A stretch of DNA of 64,000 nt from Caecitellus pseudoparvulus. Taxonomy: Eukaryota; Protista; Bigyra: Bicosoecida. The DNA lies in contig CBFFRQ010000018.1 in the NCBI GenBank assembly GCA_965644315.1, positions 1,054,001 through 1,118,000 on the forward strand, given 5' to 3'. Of the stretch, positions 22,417-32,255 are shown one piece after another. Under the pieces are notes generated by a model. The model did not search any database and was not told the origin of the DNA. It was given only the letters and a program-made list of their open reading frames with translations. Numbering within the stretch: position 1 is the first letter of the stretch; every line of letters starts with the position of its first letter. The position numbers and the translations under genes were made by a program.

Positions 22417-23584
22417 ATGAACCGGAACATGTATGACACTGATGCGACGACCTTCTCGCCGGAAGGGCGCTTGTACCAGGTGCAGTACGCAAAGGAGGCG
22501 GTGAACCAGGGCAGCGCGAGCCTGGGTCTCGTGTCCAAGACCCACGCAGTGCTGGTTGGGCTGAAGCGGTGCGTAGTGCATGGCATACAGCTTGCACACT
22601 CTTGTGGCTGTTTATGGGTCCCTCGCTTGGGGAGAAAGGGAACCGCCGCTGCCGCACTTGGCGTGGCAGGCGTCGCTGCACAGCTCGGTCGCGCCTGTGC
22701 GTTGCAGATCTCCGTCGGAGCTGGCTGAGCACCAAAAGAAAGTGTTTCGCATCGATGACCACATGGGGATTGCGATTTCCGGCCTTACGGCGGACGCGCG
22801 CACGCTGTCAAGGTGCGTCACTGGCGTTGCGTTGGCGTTTCATACTGACTGGCGCAGGCGCGGAGGAGCTCCTTTGCCAGTGGAGAGGGAGTGGGCTGGC
22901 CCAGCCCTTGCCACACGTCTGCACATGCTACTTGCACAGGTGGATGCGCACGGAGTGCTTGAACCACAAGTTCACCTTCGGTAGCCGCATGCAAACGGGC
23001 CGCCTCGTGGAGGCGCTGGCTGACAAGCATCAGGAGTGCACACAGTCTTACGTGCGACGCCCGTACGGAGTTGGCCTGCTGGTTGCCGGTTACGACGTGC
23101 GTTCACGTCTCTACAGCGTGCGCTAGCCTGCACGGCACTGCTAAGCTTGCTTCGCTTGATGTCACAGAAGTCAACCGGGCCTCACCTGTACCAGACGGAT
23201 CCTGCGGGTGAGTTTTTCGAGTGGAAGGCCATGGCCATCGGAGCTCGCAGCCAGACGGCCAAGTCGTACCTGGAGAAGCACTTTGAGACCTTCGAGGACG
23301 CAAGCCTTGAGGAGCTCATCCAGCATGGGCTGAAGGCTTTGAACGGCTGCACCGAAGCCGACAAAGAGCTGACAGCTGCAAGCGTCACGATTGCCTTTGT
23401 CGGGGCAGGCACCAAGTTCACCTTGGTCGATGGCGTCGGGGTCGCGCCCTTCCTGCAAACCCTGCACGCTTCCATGGCTGACAGCGCTGGAGCAGCTGAG
23501 GGCAAGGCAGATGCCGAGGGTGATGTGGACTTGACTGCTGCCGCAGAGGGGAAGGGTGATGAAGGTGATGATGTGGACATCTGA
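22417..23584 (+). CDS. PSMA1: 20S proteasome subunit alpha-6 (alpha type-1)
   Basis: Exons 22417-22568, 22708-22812, 22940-23096 and 23168-23584 give [66 protein letters not shown] and [17 protein letters not shown]. Confidence 0.97.
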
Positions 23585-23607
23585 TGACAAGAATGCACCC
23601 GCTCTCC

Positions 23608-24772
23608 TCAGTGCATTGGCAGGGCGGACAGCCACCGGGCTTGGCAAGCCAGGGGGGCATCGCCCCCCGCAGTGACCTCCACGTTGTCCAACGCTGTCAC
23701 TTCATGGCTCTGAGTGAGGTCACCGGTGATGAGAATGCGACTCATGTGGGCCAATGCCTCCACAAAGTCGCACTGGGATGGTTGGAACCACTCCTCGATG
23801 GAGGACCGCGGGTCTTGCTTCCAGTTAGCTTCGTCAAGAGGCAACGCAACTTGCAGCACGCCCTTGTCAAACATGTACCCGATCGTGTCCATGAACACCC
23901 CCATTCGAGTGCCTTGGCCGTTTCCGCACGAATCACACTCAATCAAGACAGCAGGGACGCCGGTGTTCATCGCATGTGGAGCCCTGCTGCCTGCAGGCAG
24001 CGCGATGGTGAAGCGCAGGTGCCCCCCGTACGCTAGAGCGAAGTTCCCCTGGAACTTGGGGGGTGAGTGGAAGGCCCACAGGTGTCCATCGTGCTTCTCC
24101 GAGCCGTGGGTGTGCACTTGGCCCTCCTCTCCCAAAACGTAGCCCGCCATGTTGTCTAGGGTGTACGGCATGTGTTTCAACCCCCCGGAGGCCTGCACCC
24201 CAGCACGCTGTCCATTACGTACAATGGACCAGCCATCCACCCCCTCGTCAAATCTGCTGGCCACAAGCACTCGGCTGGACGAAAGGAGCCAGGCCATGCC
24301 TGGCTCGCTCACGGCCGTGGAATCTTCGACGGTGTAGAGGATGCTCCCCCACGGCATCTCGCGGGGCTCCCTGCCGTCGACCATTGTCACTGCGAAACGG
24401 GCCTTCTCATCCAGAACTTTCACGCCTGAGCCATCCTGCTCCAGCAGCTCCCCCGCCATGGGCTCGTACCCGTGAACGCCGTACACCTGCGACAGCTGGC
24501 TCAAGTACCCAGCAGTCAGGTTCCAGCTCAGCAACCTCGTGACAAGGTGGTCTCCGTCCCAATCAAGCCCTGCCAGCGCCACCTCCGTGACCTGACCAGC
24601 TGGCAGCGTGATTGCCCTCAGCGGCGCGATGGGGCCTGTGTACAAGAGGGGTCTCCTATGTGCCCCAGACGGGCAGCAGGCGGTGGGCTCTGGCACACGC
24701 ACGACTTTCCCCGGCAGCCAGAGACCAGCAGAGAAGGGTCGCTAGTGTGAATGCGGCATGCCGGGCCAACAT
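23608..24772 (-). CDS. Secreted protein with a laminin IV/B-like domain
   Basis: A signal-peptide exon (24772..24703, MLARHAAFTLATLLCWSLAAG) is spliced through a 67-nt intron in frame to the ORF. Laminin-B-like motifs: WAFHSPPKFQGNFALAYGGHLRFTI, LDEANWK, FVEALAHMSRILITGD, ALDNVEV. Confidence 0.7.
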
Positions 24773-24975
24773 CTTGCTGCATGAAACACCGCACCCGAAA
24801 CGCAGCAACAGCTGCTCCAATAGGCCAGTTGCACAGCGTCAGGGGCCCCTGTAGCCCGGTGTGCGCGACAGGAGGAGTGAATTTTGTGTAAACACTCGAC
24901 TTGGTGACTTCGTTGTGTCCCAGATTTGATGCAATGCGGGGAGTGCTCCTTGCAATCCGTCACTGGAGGATGGCC

Positions 24976-25313
24976 CACTAGTAATTTGCAAGTTCAAAGT
25001 GTTTTTTACTAAGTGAGAATCTTGTACTAGTGCGAAGACAATGAAAAAATATCGTGCTAGTGTGAGCATGAGGGTCAGTGCGCATGCAGTCAGCTGTGCT
25101 AGTGTCAAGTCCGTGCTAGTGAAGTGCTTGAAAGCCGCAGAGGCGATGTGAAATACTAGTGTGCTTGGGGTTTGCCAAAACTGCACATCACCCTGTTCAC
25201 TAGGGGTGGGTTGTGCGCTAGTGCGTTAGACCTGTCCGAAGCGTCACTAGTGTGAGCGCGGTAGGCAGGATTCACGAGGGCCAGCTGTACTAGTGAGGGG
25301 AGCTGTACTAGTG
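24976..25313 (+). repeat. Left CTAG(TG) motif array
   Basis: Eleven CTAG sites in about 335 bp (24978, 25027, 25057, 25099, 25116, 25156, 25200, 25218, 25247, 25290, 25308). Nine are followed by TG, and AGCTGTACTAGTG occurs twice. Confidence 0.85.
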
Positions 25314-25859
25314 CAGAAGCATGCCCGAGCTAACGCTGCGGGAGGAGCAGACCTCCCTCGTACACACACCAATAAACACAATGTTGGTGCAGTCTTCGAC
25401 TCTGTGTGCCATCTTCATCGTTGTCTCACGACTACTACGGCTTTTGTTTGGACCATGATCATGCTGTCGGGCTAGGAGGAGCCCTGCGTCGAAAGGCGTG
25501 GCGTTTCGCCCCTGTCTAACGGCTCCAGCCAAACCTCACCCGTGTGGGACCGGGCAGGGCTCACACCAGGTCCCCGGCCCCTGGAAAACCTACCATGACT
25601 TAAGTTCAGGTTTTTCTGGCCCTGGTGCGTTGTGGTGGGCTTGTGATAGCGGTGTTGGACGGCTTCGCCATGGTGCAGTGTGTGGCGCGGTCAGCCTCGC
25701 CAGGCGTGCCGTCACAAGACAAGCTCAGTGCATTGACAAGGGCAGCGCGGGAAGACGCAAGCGCTGAAAGATGGTCTGTCTGTGCTGCAACATGGCGCTC
25801 CTCGTGGCAGCCAGCGTGTGGCGCTGAGCTCCCACAAGCTCAGTGCTGCCGCGCGGTGA

Positions 25860-26700
25860 TCGATGGCGCAGCCAGAGGGGAAGTGGGTCATCATCCGGCT
25901 CCTCTGTAAGTGTGCCCCTCCACTTCTGTGGGGTGAACCACTGCTGGAGCGATGAGAGCACTACCACTCACTGCGTTTGCTGCAGGTGCGAGCACCTAGC
26001 TTGACCACGACCCAGCCTTCTTCGAGGTATCCTCCGGGACTCCGAGTACCACTACGGCCGGGAGCCCAAGGTGTGCATGAGTGTGCGTCTAGACCCGCTT
26101 GGGCGACGCTGTGCCCGAACGCTGCTTCCTCATGCATTTTCTTTGTACCTCAGGCCGAGAGGGGTAAACAAAGGGCCAATTGATCGAGGCATCGCCTGCG
26201 CTTGTGAGTAGGCAGCATTTCCCGTGGGACAGTCGTCAATCATGACACCACCAAGGCCGTTCTCAAACGCAGTGGACCCGAGGACTCCAGTACCGGCTCC
26301 CATTTCAGCACCAGCTTCAGGCAGTTGGAGGTGGCCCTTCGTGGCTCAGAAGATGTGGCACAAGGAGCCCTGCTGTCTTCGGCGGTTGGAGGCTGCGGAA
26401 AACGCTGCCGTTATCTGCTTGTACGCCAAGAACAAGCCGTGGGTGGCTGATTGTGCGGACCTAAGCAGCCTGATCGATGACGACAAGGTGCATTTGTGCT
26501 ATATGTTGGTCATGGCGTGGACATCGTCGCGCATGAAGCATCCAGTGCAGACAGAGATGGCAGAGCTTGTGTGCAAAATTTTGGCCAAGACAGCCTGAAA
26601 CTCCCTCCCTCCGCCTGGCGCCGAAGCATCCGAGCTGAAGCTCTTGCAGTGTTTCAAGGCTTTCCTGTTGCATTCCCATGCATTCGATTCACAACAGACC
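25860..26700 (+). pseudogene. Decayed, apparently spliced gene of unknown identity inside the CTAG-bounded island
   Basis: Intron-like segments (gtaagt...ttgctgcag; gtgtgc...tttgtacctcag) and protein-like fragments (LDHDPAFFEV/ILRDSEYHYGREPK; ORF 26224..26598) are broken by stops and frameshifts. Confidence 0.35.
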
Positions 26701-26730
26701 GGCCAGGCTGCGCTTGCGAAGAATGCACTA

Positions 26731-26921
26731 CTAGGAAAAAATCCACCTATTCGAGGCGCTAGTAGTGCACTGGGCAGCCCTCCGCACTAGTAGCGCGGCA
26801 GCCAGCGAAGTTTACTAGTACAGATCCCACCACCCCCGCTCACTAGCGTGCTTCTGGGCATGCATTCTCACTAGCATCGCAGTCGCCCCACTCACTTCAC
26901 TAGCGCAAAATTGAGCTCTAG
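26731..26921 (-). repeat. Right CACTAG motif array, inverted relative to the left array
   Basis: Eight CTAG sites in about 190 bp (26731, 26759, 26787, 26815, 26843, 26871, 26900, 26918), four of them as CACTAG. The reverse complement contains CTGTACTAGT and GCTAGTGAAGTG, which also occur in the left array. Confidence 0.8.
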
Positions 26922-27384
26922 AAAAAAAGCACTCGTCAAACTCTCCTTACAGAGCGCTCTCAGGTATGGATACCTGCTGGGGAGTGGCGGCGGCGCGCTT
27001 CTCGGGCAGTGTGTGCCGCCCCAGCCTCACTACGTGGCAAAGGTGTTGGCTAAAATTTACCTGCCCTTCGAAACACGTCCTAGAGAACATGCTACCTCTC
27101 ACTCTGCTCTTTGTGGTTGTCTCAAGTCCGTTCTTGTCGACGTTTTCAAGCCTGAGGTAGTGGGCCACGCAAGCAGCACCAATCGTTTGGAACCCTGCAG
27201 CTCCCGAATCAGGCCGCTTTCCCGCCTTTTGGGAACCGACCCGCCGGTTCGTGCTTAGCTCCAGTCGTACAACCTGCTTCACGCGCCTCCTCCTGGCTGT
27301 GGCCGTCCCCTTGCATCAGGGGCAGCTTGCTACTTGCAAGAAACGTGCGCCAAGCTAGCAGCGCCAACACGCGCTCCCAACGCC

Positions 27385-30300
27385 ATGGCAGCGCGAGATC
27401 CTTCTCCGGACATCTCGAGCTGCTCCCGAAGTATTCGATCTTTACCACCCTCGCCACGAGTGTCCAGTGTAGCGCGGTCTGCGTCCACTTCACCACATGT
27501 GAGCTTGCTTGCGGGAGCTGGTGTGCCTCCGCCCGGCATGTCCATTCGAGCCCCAAGTGCTGAGAGAAGCCAGGCCTCTGGAGGCGCTGCAAGCATGGGG
27601 CTCAGGTCCCCCATCCAATCATCTGGCTCGGGGCTGGCTACAGCGCACAGTGCGAGTGTCCCTGTCTTGCCAGGTGCAAGTGGGGCACGAGTTCATTCCG
27701 GGCCTTCCCACGGCACTGGCAATGTTGCACGCAGCAGCTGGACACGGGTGGATGCTGGGCTTACCAGGCGGTTTTCTGCCCACTCCACCTCTGACAGTGA
27801 CGAGGAGGAGGGCTTCCTGGCACATGTTGGCATTCCACCCCAGCACGAGGCAGGCGGCAAGCCTCTCGGAGGTTTAGAGCCGGGGCCAAGAACGAGCTCC
27901 ACGGCCCTGGAATGGGACGAGGGGGATGCTCCCCACCACACAAGGAAGCCGGGAGGGTATGCGAGCTCCACATCCGCCTCGTTTCACGGCGCCCTGGGAG
28001 GCGGCGCCGACAGCGCCACTTCCCGACGGGGCTTCACCGTGACGCCTTCGCCGGCCCACCTCGCGCCGTCCACACAGCCCTTCGGGCACGCAATGGCGTC
28101 TGACGCGTATTCCCCGCTCAGTGCAAGCCTGCCGCCACCCCCTTCCTTTGCGAAGCACCAAGCCAGTGCTACTGCAGAGCTGCCTTCGGACGGTGGCGCT
28201 TCCCGCAATCGGCGCAGGTCACAGTCCGCAACGACTCCCCCCAACCCGGCCACACTTTCTTCCCAGGCCCGCCGACGAGGGAGCGCAACAGTGCGATCCA
28301 GCAGCTCGCTGGCCGCCCCACCGAAAGACACTGATGCTGCTCGGCCTACGCCACGCCTGCACGACAGCTCGCTGTCCTTGCGCCTCATGCACGCATTGAG
28401 CCACACAAGCTTGAGTCGGGACGGCACACCGACCGCATGGAAGGCGCCACCTGCATCTCCGACAGGCGCTCGGAGGCCGGTGCATGCGAAGGCGGTAAAG
28501 CGCCCTGCGCGGGGCAAGCAGGGCGGCGGCTCCAAGTGCGCGAAACCGCGCGCCGCCAGCTCTTGGCAGGTGGTTCCCATTCCGCGCCCCAGGCCCGTGC
28601 ACGACTCTCAAGGGACTGCTGAACTCCCTGACAGGCCCCATTGCCACCGTAAACGTTCAGCCTCAGGCGGCTCGGCTGTGACATCCATCTTGAGCCAAGT
28701 CAATGATGACTCAAACACCGCTCCAGACGCGGACCTGGAGCGCGCCCTGCTTGGGGAGGACGGCGCTTGGCGAGACATTTCCAAGTCTTCAGATCGTGAA
28801 GAAGAGTCAGCTTCGGTCCTGGACACAGCGCGGCTGGCTCAACTTACCCAGGCAGCGTCCATTGCTGCGAGGCCAGGCAGCGTGAAGCCTTCAAGCAGCC
28901 GAGCTGACCTCCCCAGCAAGCGCAGCCTGTCTGGTCCAACTGTCCGGGGCAGCACAAGAACCCGGCGCACACGCAAGGCGCAATCCCGCACGGGGTCCCG
29001 CAAGAAGCCGCCCACTGGGAGTGTGATGACGGCGGCGTCCGAGCGGCGCCACGCTTCGACCGGCTCACCGGCCGTGTCGCGCAGCGGCGGGTCCCCCCAC
29101 GGCACGGGTCCGCCGACTCCCCGAGCTCGCAGGACAGATGGTGCCTGTGCGCCCCATTCGAAGATGTTCAAGTCCAGCTCTCGCCAAGAGGCCTCCAGTG
29201 CCGGGCTGTCGGATCGGGAGCGGACGGCTGAGGGAGCTGCGCAGTCAGATGCAGATGCGCCTGGCAGTTCCCGCAGGCCACCCGCCATGCAGCACATGTA
29301 CCAAGGTCTCCCCGTGTTCCCCATGCCCGCCCACGCGCTGCCGAGTGAATGGCGTGCTGATGCAGCTTTGGCGCCGGTGCACGTGCCTTGCGCCCCCGCG
29401 CAGCTACAAGGGCTGCAGGCAGTGCCAGAAGAACCCGGGGCGCACGGCCCTCTGCCTCACTTGGCAGGTCCTTCGTGGGAGCTCAGCCATGCCGCTGGTT
29501 TGCCCCGTCGAACCCCCTCAGACTCGCACAGCCACATCTCAGCGTTCTCGGAAATGTCCAACACTGCGCGTTCTGCCTTGAGCCAAACCTCTGCGTTTGG
29601 TTCCTGGGCGAACTCGACAGTGGGTTCTTTCGGCGAAGCGTTTGTAGGCGAGTCAGCCTCAACGGGGCCCAAGGCGCGTGGCCTGGACCGAGACAGGCGC
29701 GCACGCACAGGCTCCCGGCGCTCCTCAAAAGGGTCCAGGCGCAGGCGCGCGTCGGCCCAGTCGCGTCACTCTGGAGCTTCTGCTGGCGACCATAGCCGGG
29801 CATCTCGTCTGACCGCGAGTGGCCGATCCAGTCGGAGTTCTGGCGTGCGGCGCCGCCCTCGTAAGGCAGACCTGTTCCCAGAAGGCGCTTCGCGCGACGC
29901 GTCTGGCAGAGTGGAAGGTGATGCCGGCGGCATGTCGAAAGTCAAGCGGCAGTGGCAGCGCATGCAAGAGGAAACACGCAATAGCTTGGCTGCACAAGTT
30001 GCGCACAGGGCGGCCTTCAACCCCGCACAGGAAGTTTCTGACCTGGTCTTCTCCAAGGAGTCCGGGCAGCTACCTGGTATCGGCCACCTGCAGCACACCC
30101 ACCCAAGCTCTGGCGCTCACTTGCCAGCAGCCCCACGGCCCATTCAGCATGCATTGCTCTCTGCTCCATCTTCCCCTAGGCAGAGCCCACCCCAGTCCAC
30201 GTCAGAGGCTGGCAGCTTGGCTCACGCTGCAGCCCGCCCCCAGCGCAAGGTCCCTCGAAAAGCTCCGAAAAAGAAACGATCTGGCGTGCCGTCATCGTCA

Positions 30301-31110
30301 AGCAGCACTGCCGGACGGTCCCAGGCTTCAAAAGCAGCTTCCAGCGCGTCCAGCCGCCGCAAGAAGAAGTCGGGGGTCAAGGGGGGGCGCAAGCGAGAGG
30401 CAGCGCAGAATGCCGACTCTTCTCCGTCGATCCACGGTAAGGTTGGCTTCTACCCGAGAACAGCTTTCATGGCACCGGCTTCCGCAGCGCTCCACTTCAC
30501 GGGGCACTACGCTTTTACTCCCAGCGGCGCTCAAGTCATGCTCATGAAGCATGCCAGTGGAGGGATGTGCTGGGTTCCGCTTCCCTACGCTTCAGTCGGC
30601 ATGCCCTTCACACGGCATGCAGCCAGCGAAAGGGTTGACTCGCTGCAGGGCTCTGGGGACGTGTCTGCATACCAGAGTGGGCCCGAGCTGTCCGTCCTCA
30701 CCGAAAGCCAAGATGGCATGGCGGATCCTGCGTCCGGATCCTGGTCAGATGATTCAACGTCTGCTTTGCGGAAGCGTGGCGCAGTGCCACCGCCACCACC
30801 GGCACAGGATACACCGTCTGGCCAGCTGTCAGGATCAGGCGGGCCAGGTGGGCTGCTGCGGGCACCGCCGTGCCCCTCCCCAGCAGCGATAGCCACAACA
30901 GCCCACCACGCTGCACAGCACCTCCCCGCGCGCCGTGCGGCTCCGACGGGGGAGCCAGCGGCTCTGCCCCCAAGTCAGCTGGCGATTGTGACTGCGGCCT
31001 CGGTTTTGAGCACCAACTCCATAACCTCCATTCCAACCTCCCCACACAGCACGTCTGCTGCGTCGCTGTCAGCGTTCAGTTCCACTGGGCGGCGCCACAG
31101 CCGCTCTTAG
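27385..31110 (+). CDS. Large, intrinsically disordered Ser/Arg/Pro/Ala-rich protein
   Basis: Uninterrupted ORF of about 1240 aa with low complexity and basic NLS-like clusters (RKAPKKKR, RRKKKS). No folded domain recognised. Confidence 0.6.
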   Translation: MAARDPSPDISSCSRSIRSLPPSPRVSSVARSASTSPHVSLLAGAGVPPPGMSIRAPSAERSQASGGAASMGLRSPIQSSGSGLATAHSASVPVLPGASGARVHSGPSHGTGNVARSSWTRVDAGLTRRFSAHSTSDSDEEEGFLAHVGIPPQHEAGGKPLGGLEPGPRTSSTALEWDEGDAPHHTRKPGGYASSTSASFHGALGGGADSATSRRGFTVTPSPAHLAPSTQPFGHAMASDAYSPLSASLPPPPSFAKHQASATAELPSDGGASRNRRRSQSATTPPNPATLSSQARRRGSATVRSSSSLAAPPKDTDAARPTPRLHDSSLSLRLMHALSHTSLSRDGTPTAWKAPPASPTGARRPVHAKAVKRPARGKQGGGSKCAKPRAASSWQVVPIPRPRPVHDSQGTAELPDRPHCHRKRSASGGSAVTSILSQVNDDSNTAPDADLERALLGEDGAWRDISKSSDREEESASVLDTARLAQLTQAASIAARPGSVKPSSSRADLPSKRSLSGPTVRGSTRTRRTRKAQSRTGSRKKPPTGSVMTAASERRHASTGSPAVSRSGGSPHGTGPPTPRARRTDGACAPHSKMFKSSSRQEASSAGLSDRERTAEGAAQSDADAPGSSRRPPAMQHMYQGLPVFPMPAHALPSEWRADAALAPVHVPCAPAQLQGLQAVPEEPGAHGPLPHLAGPSWELSHAAGLPRRTPSDSHSHISAFSEMSNTARSALSQTSAFGSWANSTVGSFGEAFVGESASTGPKARGLDRDRRARTGSRRSSKGSRRRRASAQSRHSGASAGDHSRASRLTASGRSSRSSGVRRRPRKADLFPEGASRDASGRVEGDAGGMSKVKRQWQRMQEETRNSLAAQVAHRAAFNPAQEVSDLVFSKESGQLPGIGHLQHTHPSSGAHLPAAPRPIQHALLSAPSSPRQSPPQSTSEAGSLAHAAARPQRKVPRKAPKKKRSGVPSSSSSTAGRSQASKAASSASSRRKKKSGVKGGRKREAAQNADSSPSIHGKVGFYPRTAFMAPASAALHFTGHYAFTPSGAQVMLMKHASGGMCWVPLPYASVGMPFTRHAASERVDSLQGSGDVSAYQSGPELSVLTESQDGMADPASGSWSDDSTSALRKRGAVPPPPPAQDTPSGQLSGSGGPGGLLRAPPCPSPAAIATTAHHAAQHLPARRAAPTGEPAALPPSQLAIVTAASVLSTNSITSIPTSPHSTSAASLSAFSSTGRRHSRS

Positions 31111-31805
31111 GGTGCCCAAGTGCGGGGACGAAAAGCGAGCACGGCGAGGGTCAGCAGCCCCAGCAGGACACGGGAGCTGGTGTTCACCAGTTGCGGAGAG
31201 AAGAATATCATGGCCCACACAATACAAAGAAAGGCAATGATGACGAGCATGAGCACCGTCCCTGGCCGCAATGGTGGTTGTAGTGGGGCGGGAGGCTGGT
31301 CCTGCGCCGGGCTTGCTGCAGGTGGAGCTGACGCTGCTCGAGAAAGAACAGCGTGCAGGGTCGCTTCAGCGGTATCTGGAGGAATGTCTAGGCAATCCGA
31401 AGCCCCGTGCACCCTTCCATTGTACACAAGTCGGACACGACGACCACTTTGCACCTCAGCTTCCAGCAGGGTCGACAGCACGGCCTCCACTTGAACTGGC
31501 CTTGCGAATGTCGCGGTCCTGCATTCCTCCCCAAGCCTGACCGTGACCAGCACTTGTTGTCCTCCAACAGACTCGGGGCCTGTGCCCATTCTCCTCCGGC
31601 GAAGTGTCTCATCGTGCTGGGGTTCAGCTGCGTGCTCCCCACCAGTTGATGCAGATTCGCCCGCATCACAAGGCGCTGCAGCAGTTTGGGGGCTCCGAGA
31701 GAGGCTTAGGCCAGCGAGCGCATATGAAATAAGAAATGAAGCTGTGATGACCACAAAAAGCAGGCTGGCAGCGGCCTCAAGGTGGTAGTACGCCCCGTCG
31801 TCCAT
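31107..31805 (-). CDS. Transmembrane and ubiquitin-like domain protein (TMUB/Dsc3-like)
   Basis: N-terminal TM, a Ubl-like core (VLVTVRLG...RRVRLVYNGRV...TLHAVLS), a Pro-rich linker and two C-terminal TMs. Confidence 0.7.
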   Translation of the reverse strand: MDDGAYYHLEAAASLLFVVITASFLISYALAGLSLSRSPQTAAAPCDAGESASTGGEHAAEPQHDETLRRRRMGTGPESVGGQQVLVTVRLGEECRTATFARPVQVEAVLSTLLEAEVQSGRRVRLVYNGRVHGASDCLDIPPDTAEATLHAVLSRAASAPPAASPAQDQPPAPLQPPLRPGTVLMLVIIAFLCIVWAMIFFSPQLVNTSSRVLLGLLTLAVLAFRPRTWAP

Positions 31806-32255
31806 GACGGAGCGTGACAATGAAACGCAGCCGAAACAGCACCTGCTCCAATCAGTCGGCGCGCAATAAGCGGGTGGGTGCAGGGGTATGCCCAGGCACG
31901 GCACCCTCCTCTTAACGAGTTGCTGTGGATTTAGTCCCGCACAGGTTCTGAACTTCACCTACTTCGGCACGACCCTCTCTCACAGGTGGCCTGACACACT
32001 TGCTCATCATGTCGGCGCGCCTGGCAAAACGAAAAACTTGCGCTGCCACGACCTGGGTGCCAAGCAGGTTTACAACGGAGAGCAGCCTGCTGTAGTCGTT
32101 TTTCACTGAGGGTGTACCCTTTGCCGGTTGTGCTAGCGGTGCGGCCGGGTCGGGAGTACAACAGAGTCACTATCCCGCCAAGGAGGGGCTTAAGAGGCGC
32201 CCCTTTTGCCGAGTGCTAGCGGAAGATTTGAGCGAAAAGCTTTTGAATGTGGCCA

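Noticed and set aside
24978-25313. CRISPR-like array
   Set aside because: The repeated word is only 6-13 bp with irregular spacing, there are no cas genes, and the context is eukaryotic.
24976-26767. Canonical CACTA transposon (CACTA at 24976, TAGTG at 26763-26767)
   Set aside because: The flanking trinucleotides (gcc / cac) are not a TSD, there is no extended TIR, and the right array continues past this point. The superfamily is left unassigned.
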